Source: Spirogloea muscicola (taxonomy: Eukaryota). From it: DNA of 40,620 nt. A program made the position numbers and the translations under genes. The notes under the pieces were generated by a model. The model worked only from the letters and a program-made list of their open reading frames with translations, did not search any database and was not told the origin of the DNA. Positions 11,408-23,324 of the stretch are shown piece by piece; the stretch's first letter is position 1; each line of letters starts with the position of its first letter. The stretch spans positions 689,522-730,141 of the forward strand of contig WELB01000029.1 of the NCBI GenBank assembly GCA_009602725.1, in the 5' to 3' direction.

Positions 11408-12063
11408 TGTATCGTTCCCACTTACTGTGACCATTACCCCTACGCTTACCTAATTGGCACGTGGCCGACCTGGCCTGACCAGGCGGTCCCGTACGGGGGC
11501 CTCGGTGACGCGGTGTCCACCCCGGCGCCCCGCGCAGAGGGCCGCGGTGGCGCGGTGTCCACCCTGGCGCCCGGCGCACGGGGGCCGCGGCGGCGCGGTG
11601 TCCACCCCAGAGGACTCGACACGTCGGCCCCGACAGCGGGGCCTTCCCCTCGACAGGCCTGCCCCTCGGGGCGGGCCATTGGGCAACCCCATGCGCCCCG
11701 AGAGGGGGGGCGGCACCGGGAGCACTAGGAGTCGGGGGGCAGAGACACGGACAGCAGTTCGGACCCGTGAAGCCCTGAGTGCGGCGCAGCCCTGCTGCTG
11801 CGCCTGCTGCTGCAGCCCGTCGCCGGCAGGACGCTGCCGGCTCGCTGCAAGGCGTCCGTGGCCGGCCTGTGGTGGGCTAGCTGCGGGCTGGTGCCCGAGA
11901 GGAGGAGACGCCGCCGGATGGCGGCGCCACAGGGCAAGACTTCCGCTGTGCGCCGAGGCGCGAGGTGCTTTACGGTGTGAGGATATGCTCCTAAAACCCT
12001 GCGTCCGAGCCGACCAGGACTTGACCGCGTAATGCCTGTGTACAGGGGTCGGGTCACACTACA
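11408..12063 (+). mobile_element. Solo LTR, family D
   Basis: TGTATCG...CACTACA termini, TSD TACCA/CACCA, shared LTR core at ~11760-12020. Confidence 0.85.
11495..11608 (+). repeat. Tandem repeat of about 42-43 bp (~2.7 copies) in the LTR U3
   Basis: GCGGTGTCCACC recurs at about 11510, 11552 and 11595 within similar GC-rich units. Confidence 0.85.
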
Positions 12064-13507
12064 CACCATGTGATTGCACAAAATTAAAAGCAGAGTCGGG
12101 GAGAGACTCTGTGCGCATCAACACGATGCGATACACAGCCAGAGCTGGTGTTTGGTGAGAGTACGTTTTCAAGTACAACGTTCTGGCTCAGCTTGTCAGG
12201 ATGCTACCCAAAGCAATCTCATACAGGTCAACCGTCTGAGACTGTGTATGAGGATAGGACGCTACACTTCAGGCTGGCCTATTCTTCTCTGCTTTCAAGT
12301 AACGGCTATTCATTTAGAGTAAATTTGATCAGTGTATTGAAAGTGGTACGTGAGTTGGCTTTAGAACGTCGTGAGACAATTCGGCTTCTATCTACCGTTG
12401 GTCATAAGAGACGATTGAAAGAAATCCACCCTAGTACGAGAGGACTGGGTTGAATCATCTCATTCACCGTTGTAATATCAATTGCATTGCCGGGTAGCTC
12501 GTTGGAATGGGATGACTGCTGAAAGCATCTAAGCGGGAAACCCTTTTTAAAGCAGATTTTCAGAAACCAGTGGAAGACTCTCACTTTGATAGGCGAGTAG
12601 AAAAGCATGGCGACATGTGAAGCTTTCCCGTTCTAAAACCCGCTCTTCTGTTATTATACGTATATCGCTCAATTGTTTGACTATATTTGGATTTAGTATG
12701 ACTATATGATAAATCCAAAAATGCCGCGCTCAGAAATCGAGAAATAGATGGCGCGTTGGCTCGTGGCGCGATCGCTCGCTTCGAACATCATGTCAGTGGT
12801 CATTGGTTACCTGACTAAGATGTGCGGTCACGTGCTCTTACCTCCTCCGTGCTTTCTAACGTGAGAGTGGCAGAAGACGGGCCAATGTCCGGAACTGTGG
12901 CTTGCTCATCTGTAACGTTCCGACCATTTGGGAACGCCAAAAGGTGCTGGTAACGCTACATGCCCGTGCATGTAGCTGGTGGCAAGTTCAGGGGGCTGCC
13001 AAGCTACAATACCTCTAGCCCCTTGACGGGCAAGCGGCCCGCCTAGGCGCCTACGGGTCCGTCTCTCCTGGAATGACCCTCGCCAGGACCAACCTGCCAA
13101 GGGTGGACCTTGGGCCCGAGCACGGGCAGGCCTTAGGGCGACCCGCTCACACCCCTGGAGGGGGGGGTGGCACGGGAGAATCACCAGTAGTCTAGGGCCG
13201 AGACCCGACCTCGGGGGTTAAGAGCGGTGAAGACCGGGGGCAGCCTTGCTGCTGCCTCCCGCCGCAGCCGCCGCCGCAGCCTGCTGCGGCCTGCTGCGGG
13301 GAGTCCGTGGCTGCCTCTTCGGGAACAGCTGCTGGCTTGTGCCCAAGAGGTGAGTCGCCGCCTCACGGCGCGCCACAGGGCCAGTCATCTGCTGCGCAGA
13401 TGCGCGTGTGCTTTGCCGTGTAGAGGGCTGGCTCTACATCCCCTACAGCCGAACCCAACACAGACAACTCCCCCCTAATTGCGTCTGTAGGGGCGGTTTA
13501 TAACAAT

Positions 13508-13517
13508 TGGTATCAGA
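13508..13517 (+). other. Primer-binding site, tRNA-Met type
   Basis: TGGTATCAGA 2 bp after the LTR CA end at 13505. Confidence 0.85.
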
Positions 13518-15490
13518 TTTTTTGCATCTTTCTGGCCCGTGTTCTCCTGCGGCTGATGATGCAAGGATCCGTCTGATGCTCTGGCCTGACTTGTTCGAGT
13601 AGTGTATCTCGCCAGACATTGGTCCATGGTGCTGCTAAGCGGGGTCGGCAGGTGCTACGTCATCTTGCCCCCTCGAGGCAGCACGACCATCGGCATTCTG
13701 CCAGACTGATCGTTTGCGATGAACACCTGCTGCTAATTGCCTACTTGAAGGTGGGAATTGGAACCTACAGCCGTTGAGTGGCGAGTTCGATCGTGTGACC
13801 AACATCAATCAAGTGCATCAATTTTGGTCCTATCTGCAGGTTCTGCCTGCCTTGGAGGTATGGATTAGCGCGCTCTCTTGCTTGCTCGCCATCTGGTGCA
13901 CCAGTATTGCGTTGCCTTGCACTACGGTAGGGAGGAGGGATATCCTGACTATCAGAAGCTGACTTTATCCCACGACTACCTTAAGACGGCGGCATGGAGT
14001 CACACAACTCAGTGCGCGTCCTAGTCCTTCTCGGCCGTGGAGCAGCCGGCTGCTGTGGATCAGATGGCTGACGAGCTAGCCGAGCTCGGGGCCGCGGGCC
14101 AAGAGGGCCTGTCGGCTGGGGAGATGCAACATGTTGCACTCCTGAAGGAGCCCTTGAGGCAGCCAAGGCTGTGCTGCACCGTCCTCGCACATCCTACTGG
14201 GGGCGTTGTGTGAGGAGGGGCGAAGCTTGCTTTGCTAGCTTCATACCGGCGAGAGGCATTATGCAAGGGGTCAGGGTTGACGTGCTTCCGATGTGCCCAA
14301 GCCGGGGGCATCCAGCGCATGGACTTGCCAGGGCCGCCCAACTCCAGCAACACGCTGGTCAGTCCCGGGGGTGGACTCAAACGTGGCTCAGCGGTATTAC
14401 TTGAGTGGTTCGTGCTGAGTGGCACGGACGTGACGGCAAGAGTGCAGCTTGCCGCCACTTCTTTCGTCGGCGATCCCCGTGAGGGGTATGACTCCCTGGA
14501 GAAGATTGCCACACTTGAGGTGTACAACGCCGAAGTCCTAATCGGGTGCGCTCACTACGTGTGTTATGAGACGTGGGGAGCTGAAGGCTCGTGATGAGCT
14601 GGATGCTCTCCGTATGCGCGATGACTCAGACGACTATGTGCGGCGATTCGGGCTGCTGGTCAAAGCTGCGCAATGGGCCTATGAAGGCTGCCAATTAGTG
14701 CTAGCGCTTTGAGGCTGGGCTGCCCGAGCCAATGCGGAGGTGCATCGCTCTGGACCTCACCTCGCAGGTCTTGCCAACTTGCCTTGGCTGGTGGACCACG
14801 CCAGGAAGGTGCTGAACACTTAACCAAGTGTACTGGGCAAGCGCTCCCTGCTTGAGGTGGGAGTATCTGCTGAGGCAGAGAGGGGACCAAATAAACTTCG
14901 ACCCAAGGAGGGACTGAATATTCGTCCCATGAAAGCCTTGGAGAAGCCAGCACTGTAGGGGAATGGTTGCTTCGCTGCAGCGGCGATCAGAACAACCTCG
15001 TCCAAGACCCATGAGTATCTGATAAGTGGCTTGGGTATGGGCCTGAGCACATCACGTGGAGCCTGCGGCCAGTCTGGCTATTTGTCCGCCTGCTCTCTGG
15101 GGATACCTAGCCAAGGTTGGTGATTACCTAGGCTTCGTCGAGGCCGCAATCGGTATTACCTTTCGGCTGTTTCATCGTTTGTTCCCGAGGATGTGAAGCT
15201 GGGGGTGAGGTATATAATGTTCCGACCATCCGATAACGGAAAAAGGTGCTAACGCTAGCTACATGCCCGTGTATGTAGCCGTCGGCAGATTCACGGGACT
15301 ACCAAGCTACGGGCTTGGTAGTCAAGCTACAGGCTTGCCCGTCAAGCTACACGCTTGACGGGCAAGCGGCCCGCCTAGGTACGGGCGGTCCGTCATTCCT
15401 GGTATGATCCTCGCCAGGTCTGCCCTGCCAGGGATGGACTTTGGGCCTGCCCACGGCCAGGCCTTGGGACGACCCGCTCACACCCCTGGA

Positions 15491-15661
15491 CCGAATTCCG
15501 ATCTGCCATCTGGTATTCGGGCATTGATTAGCGACCCCCATGTACTGACCCGTGGTAATTGAGCGGGTCAATTTACAATGGGTGATGTACGTCATTAGAT
15601 GCGCTTGCCTTTGTACTTGGCCACCTTGGCCTTCGTTTTGTTTCAAACACACTAAAATGGT
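15491..15661. mobile_element. 171-bp insertion of unknown class in the 3' LTR
   Basis: Absent from the 5' LTR and from solo LTR 8638-9200. Flanked by the 6-bp direct repeat CCTGGA. Confidence 0.75.
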
Positions 15662-18600
15662 CCTGGAGGGGAATGGCAAAGGAGAAGCACTAGTAGTCTG
15701 GGGCCGAGACCCGACCTCGGGAGTTCGGACCCGTGAAGCCCGGGAGCAGCCTTGCTGCTGCCTGCCGCCGGAGCCGCCGCCCCAGCCTGGTGCGGGCCTG
15801 CTGCGGGGAGTCCGTGGCTGCCTCCCTTCGGGGACAGCTGCTGGCCTGTGCCCAAGAGGTGGAGTCGCCGCCTGACGGCGGCGCCACAGGGCCAGTCTTC
15901 CGCCGCGCAGATGCATGTGTACTTCGCCATGTAGAGGGTTGGCTCCTGAACACCCTACAGCCGAACTCAACAAGGACAAATCATCCTAATTGCGTGCGAA
16001 GGCGCAGTTCGTTATATCATCCATGCTGATTGGCTGCTGGAGAGCAGGCAAGCGCATGGTATCGAGCTTCTTTAGTCCCTCGGCAGAAGTGACCTTAGAT
16101 GTGACTATATTGCATACTGGAAGGTGAGTGTCGCTGGAAAGGCGGCCTAGACTGGTAGTCGCAAAGGGTCCATCAGGCGGACGACTAGACGAGATTGATC
16201 GCTTCCTCGTGCAAATAACAGCGCACCTGAACTCGTTACTCGCGACAGCAAGGTGCCGGCGCCAGGAACAGCGATCTTACGGATACCACCCCTTCAGCAG
16301 TACTGTCAGCCGCCGTCAACGTAAACGGTAAACGGCAAAACATTGCCGATGATATTCAACCGTGAAGCTAGACTGCTGGTGGTGGACCGCTGGTCGCTGT
16401 GGATTGGCCGGTGACGGCTAATCGATGCAACCAATGGTTTGATTACGTCAAGTGGGAAGCCCAGATCTTGGGAGGCTGCTCGGAGGGCTGTACGGGGAGG
16501 ACATGAGAGGGAGGGGAAGGTCGATAGTAAATCACCAGGTACAAGTCGCTCGCACACCAGGTACAAGTCAAAGGACGCCACAGCCGCAGCATTGCATACT
16601 TCGATCTAGTGGTGAAAGCGAGTGGCTCGGTAACACGAACCGTACGTGAATATGATAAGGTCAATGATAATTCTTCATGTTACCTGCTTGCTTGTATCTA
16701 AGCTATTTCCGGCCCCTTCAAACCTTGTCCATATATCGGGCTAATTTTGAAGCCATCGCCTCCTTGGGTAATTCTCTTCATTATGTGGTGATACAGCTAC
16801 CAAACGGACAAGTTGACGGGGGGAAGAGTTGCCAAAAAGTCACACATTGCTTATGCCAATACGGGTGTCTCAAAGGTCAACCCTTGGATAGACACGAGTA
16901 TTCGAAGTCTGCGGTATTGTAGGTAGGCCAGCAGAATATCTAGGATCTCGGTGGGGTACGTGTTATGCGACCTGTGGCCCGATTGTGGAGCTTCAAACAC
17001 AGATCTGTGGCAGACCCGACTTGTCCGCTCTCACATACAGCCGACCTGAATGGGGCGCATGCGGGTGGCTAGCTTGGCCCTCATTAAGCCGATCCACACA
17101 GCTCTTTCCGACAAGGAAAGCAGTGCGCAGTATAAGGGGAGACGAAGATGCTCTTCTGTGCAACAACCATTAGCTTTTGGCAACCTACGAGCTATTGTTT
17201 TAACGACCTCTCCAACCTTGAAGCCCTACGGACTTGTGGCTGTCTAGCCTTCCAACACCCTCATTTGCTTTCTTCTTCGATGCTGCCGCACAACTACGTG
17301 GTAGTAGCCCGCTCATTAACTGCGCACGGTCGTGCTCAGGCTTGGCCATTTGCACGTGCATACATGCTCTTTAGAGCTTGCTTACTGGCCTCGTCGGACG
17401 AGCACGAAGCTGGCATGGTGAATGTTGCATGCCAAAAGGCACATAGTAGCGCTGGTTTCCTAAGTCTCAGCAACCAAAATTACGAACTGTCTTAGCAGGT
17501 AGTGCCACTGGAGGTGTCGCTTCACCGAAGGAGAGCAAACTGTCATTCAACCACCCAACAACACCTCCATACAATCATCTGCTCATCGACTTTCACTTCC
17601 GGATATAAGGGAGTGCTCGGAAGGAATCTTTCAGAATCACGAGGGGAGGGTGGCCGTAGCAGTATACACTTCCGTGGCTGATCTCTGGGAGCCGAAAATT
17701 GATGGCTGCAGCCAAACATGGGGATGACCTCCTTCTCGTCGGCCCAGGTCGGCGCACATCGAAGCCCGAATATCGGTCACACAGTAGGACTAATACAGAA
17801 CGGCGATCACAGCTGGCAAATAGCAGATCAACCTTGTTCTCATGGAGCCACCGTGTGAGCTTCCAAAATGATCAAGTGCACGGTGGGCTGTTAGTCAAGG
17901 AAGAGTCTGTTGAGCCCTGAATGTTGCACCTTCGTGAGCTCCCGACAGTTGCCAAGTGGTGTGTGCGAGCCACACCATCAATGGAAGGTGATATGTGAAA
18001 GTTGTGAGCACGACATTCCTGCACGGTGAGAGGCCAGATAGCAGCATTGGCAAGGGGCTCGTTCGAATCACGTGCGCAGTCTGCATTGTATGGGAGGGAG
18101 GCCAAAGCAAGCCAGTGCACAGATTGTATAAAGAGCAAGGAAACAAAGCAGGAAAGCATCGAGGGGACTGTAGTACCCACCAGTGAGCACATCCATATCA
18201 GCCAGACTAATCTGAAGTGTCGGAGTACCAGTTTGCAAGCCAGTGGCCTGGCTTAGTGCATGGCCAGCATGCTGAAGTAGGTCTCTCGCAGCAAGGACGA
18301 TCCTGGCTTTCGGACTTCATAGCGAGGTAAAAAGGTTTACTTGCTGACTCGGGGTTGTGAGCTGTCGAGACGATGAAATGGGAATGCTGTAACGTAGGCC
18401 AAGTTACGGAACCTCAGTCGTGTTACTTGGCTGGGGTGGCATACAATTGAAAGGCACAATGATGCAGTTGCCTACCCAGAGGTCATTCTTATAACACTAT
18501 TGGAGACATAGCAAGCCACTCTAGGCTCACTCAGGAACACTCAATGTATCAGACTGGGCTGGCTAGCTGGCCCATTCTATGTTCAGTTCTATGTAGTGCA

Positions 18601-18814
18601 GGCACATGACAGCTAGTTGGAAGCACGAAGACCCATGATCTAATGATGCAGCGCAGGGACATGACAAGAAAAGGTACTGGCACCATGTAGACACATAGTC
18701 CAATGGTCGAATTAACGCAAAGAGGGTGAATGGGCCGTCAAAGTCCATCATAATTGAATGTATGTGTTGTACATGAACAGATCGATGCAAGGCAGAGGAG
18801 AAGGATGATGCTCT

Positions 18815-21184
18815 TTACGTCAGCATGAGCTTTTTGTATCTGAAGTACCACATGATCCCAATGAAAATGAGTATGCCAGAGATACCCGTTAAACCAATAA
18901 CCCATTTAAAGGCGTAAGGATTTTGCTCCAATCCTAATGGGATGTTCATACCAAAAACTCCAGCAACCATCCCATAAATAGCCACCACAAGAGTGACAGT
19001 GGTCATGAGCAACTCAAATTGGATGAGCTTATTGCGCGTGTTATCCTGCAAGGCAAAGAACCAGGTGCCAAGACACAAGGTGAGGTAGCTCAGCCCATGC
19101 AGCTTATCAGAGTAGCAAATTATGTGTAAGCACGACCATGAGCTAGCTCTCTGTACACCGAGCCCATCACAACAGCAGATGCTCACCAATTGGATATTGA
19201 TGAAATCTTCCGTGTCATCCGTGTACTCCTTCAATGCTGTGAGCTTGTTGAGCGTGGAGTCAATAACAACAAAATAAGCCTCCAAAAGCATCTCCAACTC
19301 CTCAACACTCTCCTGCTGAGTTGTGGCACTGCTTTCGCTCCCTCGTTGGCTCACATAGCTCAGCGTGCGATCCAAAGCCGCCGAGCCACCCCCATCGCCT
19401 CTTCCCTAGCAAAGTGAACGATACCCACCCATGAGCATCTGACCCCGCAATAGTTCGTCGGAGCACGAGCACGAATTCCTCAGAGCGGGTGTGATCGGGG
19501 GCCCACTCCATGCGAACGCGGAGACCCGACGGGTGAGACGGGCGCAGAGAAGGAGCCTCCAGCTCCTCGTGAAAGAGACCCGAAGGCTGCTGCCATGTCA
19601 GACGTGGATCGAGGAGCCGGTAGCAAGGCCTCCTTCTTCTCCGTCAGATACATTTCAACCATGTCTCCATCATCATCCATCAGCTGCTCGATCTCGTCCC
19701 GTACCTGCAGGCCATGACAATAGCAGTACGGCCTCACACGTGCATCTACGGAATTGAAGGAAGCACACATTTAGGAAGGATGCGAGGAGCAGATCAGCAC
19801 CTTCTGCACTCGCCGTGTAAGTGCCACTAGACGGCTTTTGAGCCTGCGGACACGCTCTAAGTTGAGGGTGCTGATGACAGAGCAGAGCTCGTCGAGCGCG
19901 GGATAGGCTTCGCCTTCCAGCTCCGCTGCCTCTTGTCCACACCCCACAAAGCCCGGCCCGTCTTAACGGGCAGTTGCCATACGTCATGACATGCACTGCC
20001 TGAGTACAGAGTGACCGGCACGATCGGCCAGCGGAGCCCGAGTAGGTGCCAGCATGCACCTGCGAGTCCAGGAGAGTGCAGGCGCCCTCGAGAGCGACTT
20101 CCAAGGCACGAAACTCAAATGGCAGCTCCTCGCCGAGGCTACTGCTCACGGCGTGGCTGCTGAAGGTGTCTGTCTCGCTGGGCTGATGGCTGCAGATGCA
20201 AGCAAGATGGATATCGTGAATTACGATGTTTCCATGGCCGTGGGGACCCAACCAGGCCACGGCACAAGGAAGCCGATGCCGATGGTCATCCCCAGCCAAG
20301 CGGCAGTGGATGAGCTCACCGGTGGCGAGGCTGGGAGTCTGCCTCAGAATGCGAGTCGGAGGTCGTGGAGGGAGGGCCCATGCGCTCGCTGCCACCCTGT
20401 GGTGTTCTGCAGGGGGTCGTGGGCACCACTGGCGAAGCTGAGCCAGCGAGAGCAAGCCGAGGCAGGACGCAGCCATGGCAGCAACAGCAGAGGCAGGGCG
20501 GTCGGTGAGAGTGGGAAGGGCAGGGGCAGGGGGCTGACCGCCACGACACAGCCGGCCCCTCGGACGCCAGCTGGGCTCCCGACTGCTTCAGGCGCCGCTG
20601 GAGCTCGTGCACGTACTGGGCCCGGCTCACAGCGCATCGCCAAGGCGGCCTCAGCGCCCCGCCGAGCTCGACGGCACGACGCGGTCAAGGCCCGCGGGGG
20701 CAGAGTGGCGGCGGCGGCGAGGTGCTTCCCTCACCTGGAGAACAAAGTGGTTGAGCGTGTTGAGGAGCAGGACCTCGTCGGCGGTGATGATGCAGCGGAT
20801 CTGCTCCAGGTTCACAACGATGGCCTTCTCGCGGCCCAGCAGCGTGCTCGGGTACACGAACAGCGGGTCCAGCAGCCGCATGTCCCGCGCCGGCAGGTCG
20901 CACCTGCGCACCCCCGCCGGCCCCGCCGCGGCCGTGAGCAGCAGCTCCAGGCCGTGGCCAGCACCGCAGTCGCCGCTCTCCGCCGTCCCGGCCGAAGGCG
21001 GCAGCAGAGGGAGGCGGCGCACCGGCGCATGATGGAGAGCTTGTCCACCTCCATGACGTGCGCCGCGCCGGCGCGGTCGATGCGGATCCACGACCGCAGG
21101 CCGTGGCCGCGCTTCTTCAGCCCCGCCAGGTCCTGCCCGAACGCCGCCGCGCCGCCGCCCGCCGGCGGCAGCGGCGGCATGGCC
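18815..21184 (-). CDS. MRS2: MRS2/MGT (CorA-family) magnesium transporter, MRS2-1-like, multi-exon; 5' end may extend into the gap
   Basis: GLKKRGHGLRSWIRID, CDLPARDMRLLDPLFVYPSTLLGREKAIVVNLEQIRCII, LPFEFRALE, VEELEMLLEAYF, and two TM helices with the GMN motif (FGMNIP). GT-AG introns. Stop at 18815. Confidence 0.95.
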
Positions 21185-21453
21185 NNNNNNNNNNNNNNNN
21201 NNNNNNNNNNNNNNNNNNNNNNNNNNNNNNNNNNNNNNNNNNNNNNNNNNNNNNNNNNNNNNNNNNNNNNNNNNNNNNNNNNNNNNNNNNNNNNNNNNNN
21301 NNNNNNNNNNNNNNNNNNNNNNNNNNNNNNNNNNNNNNNNNNNNNNNNNNNNNNNNNNNNNNNNNNNNNNNNNNNNNNNNNNNNNNNNNNNNNNNNNNNN
21401 NNNNNNNNNNNNNNNNNNNNNNNNNNNNNNNNNNNNNNNNNNNNNNNNNNNNN
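21185..21453. other. Assembly gap covering the divergent MRS2/GDPD 5' region
   Basis: Run of N. Confidence 1.
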
Positions 21454-23324
21454 CGGCGCGGGTGCTGGTGGGCGGGCACCGCGGGCTGGGCATGAACCTG
21501 CCGCCCGGCGGGGACGTAGCGGCGCAGCGCTGGCCGCGGCCCACCGTGCGCGAGAACACGCTGCCGTCCTTCGCGCGCGCCGCCGCCGCCGGCGCCGACT
21601 TCGTCGAGCTCGACGCCCAGGTCCGCGGCGGCGGCGGCGCAGCGCCACCCGCCATGGCCATGGAGGAGCTGGCGGGCTGATGCGCTGCTCCTGCGGGCCG
21701 TACTACGGCGCGGCGCAGGTGACACGGGACGGGCACGCCGTCGTCTTCCACGACAACCTCGTCCTCACGGCCGACGGGGTCCGCCTCCTCCGCCTCCCCC
21801 GTCCCTTGCGGAGAACGACGCTCGAGGCGCGAGCGCCGCCTCATGCCGCGGCCGGCGGCCCAACTCGCTGCCGCAGGATGCCAAGCCAGTGGCGGAGCTG
21901 ACGCTGGCCCAGTTCCGCGGCGTCGGGCCCCAGCCCGACGGCTCTGTGAGTGCTCCCAAGCAAGTCCTGCTCACGGTCAAGGGCACGACCCATGGCGGCC
22001 ACCGCTTCTGGAGGCGCTGTGTTCGGCCGCAGTGGAGCCCACACTGCCCCTGCCTTTGACTCACATCCCAGCCTAAGCCGCCCACGCCTCCTCTGCGCAG
22101 GACGGCAGACAGCTGCTGCGACGGGGTGTCGACGGCCGGCCGGGCGTGTGGAAGGAGGAGGTGGAGGGGCCCCTGTGCACCCTGCATGAGGTGCTGGAGC
22201 AGCTGGACCCGCGCGTCGGCGTCAACGTTGAGGTCAAGTTCAATGAGCTGCAGCCCGTGGGCGAGGCGGAGATCGACCGCCTGCTCCACCCCATCTTGGC
22301 GGTACGCCTGCATACGTAGCCACATTCATCACGGGAGCCTCGTGTCAAGCTCATTGCTAGCCCCAGCAAAGTGTCTTACTACGCTGTTTAAGTGGTGCTC
22401 ATGCAGACTGTCAAGGAGAGCGGCAAGAAGCGCAATATATTCTTCTCTACGTTCTTTCCCAGCGCGGCCACCTCGCTGCGCAAGCTGCAGGACGATCACC
22501 CTGTAAGTGGCTCTGCAAGCTCAGAAGTATGGCAATGCTCTCAAGGCAGCTCCCGAGCGAAGTGATGCTCTTCAATGGTGCGGAGCAGTGTGGATGTTTA
22601 TATCGACCACAGGTCGCCCAGTCCCGATTGTCCCACTAAGTTGGCATTTGATCTCTTACAGGTTCTATTCTTGACTGGAGGTGGAGCTTACCACTTTGAA
22701 GATCCACGCATGAACTCCATTGCTGCAGCTATTGAGCACTGCGTGTCCAGTAGGTGTTTCGAACACAACGGGCATGCTCCTTGAGGGGCCAGAACTTGCT
22801 CACTTCCAGAATGCTTCAGTGGCAGCCTGCCTGCTCTTCCCCAAAAAAGCCCGTGGCCATGTTGCAGGCTCTTGACAGGTATCAGGTATGTGACTTTCCA
22901 GGTGGATTGCAGGGCATTGTGTCAGAGGTTGCCACGGTGCTACAGCATCCTGAGCAGGTTGGGCAGGTCCAAGCAGCTGGACTACACTTACTCACATATG
23001 GTAAACAGAAGTGAGCACCGGCCACCTCACATATCCTGCAGCAAGTGCAGGATAGGATTGAGCTCTACTTAAAGAGATGCTTTCTTTGTGGATAATGCTC
23101 CAACACCTCTTGGGATATCCACAATTGTTTCTTGCAATGGCAAGTCTGCTCTCGATGGGCTCTGTCAATGCGGCTACTTCACGAACTGATATGAGTGTCT
23201 GGCTCGCTGCAGCAACGACCTTACTGCAGTGCTGTCCCAGCAAAGTCATGGAGTCTACGGTGTCATTGTTGATTGCGTTGAGAGAATAGTGGAAGGCATG
23301 CGGGGGAGCCCTACCCCACAGTAG
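21454..23324 (+). CDS. GDPD: Glycerophosphodiester phosphodiesterase (plant GDPD1-3 type), multi-exon, start in the gap
   Basis: VGGHRGLG...RENTLPSF...GADFVELDAQ|VTRDGHAVVFHD, LCTLHEVL...GVNVEVKF, LLTYGKQN|N...GVIVD. Stop TAG at 23322-23324. Confidence 0.93.

Larger units (their letters stand above)
12911..16016 (+). mobile_element. Non-autonomous, internally deleted chromovirus: LTR 12911-13505, PBS, gag remnant, chromodomain remnant, PPT, LTR 15213-16016
   Basis: Perfect 5-bp TSD TCATC (12906-12910 and 16017-16021). PBS TGGTATCAGA at 13508. Gag-like ARDELDALRMRDDSDDYVRRF (~14590-14650). EYLIxWLGYGPEHITW at 15013-15060. PPT GGGGGTGAGG at 15201-15210. Confidence 0.88.
12064..17900 (-). mobile_element. 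Probable highly decayed non-LTR (LINE) retrotransposon, split by the 12911-16016 element
   Basis: Weak motif traces in the expected order: RT-like PTEILDILLAYLQYRRLRILVSIQG...CDFLATLPPVNL...LARYMDK (~16720-16965), then zf-RVT-like PIKVRVFHW (~12570-12600). Similarity was judged by eye only and the limits are approximate. Confidence 0.35.

Noticed and set aside
11495..11608. CRISPR-like spaced repeats
   Set aside because: The intervening sequences are similar to each other, so this is a tandem repeat inside a eukaryotic LTR. No cas genes are present.
12911..16016. Retrozyme (non-autonomous LTR element with a hammerhead ribozyme)
   Set aside because: No convincing CTGANGA...GAAA core with stems was found in the LTRs by eye, and the interior carries gag and chromodomain remnants. 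An Infernal scan would settle it.
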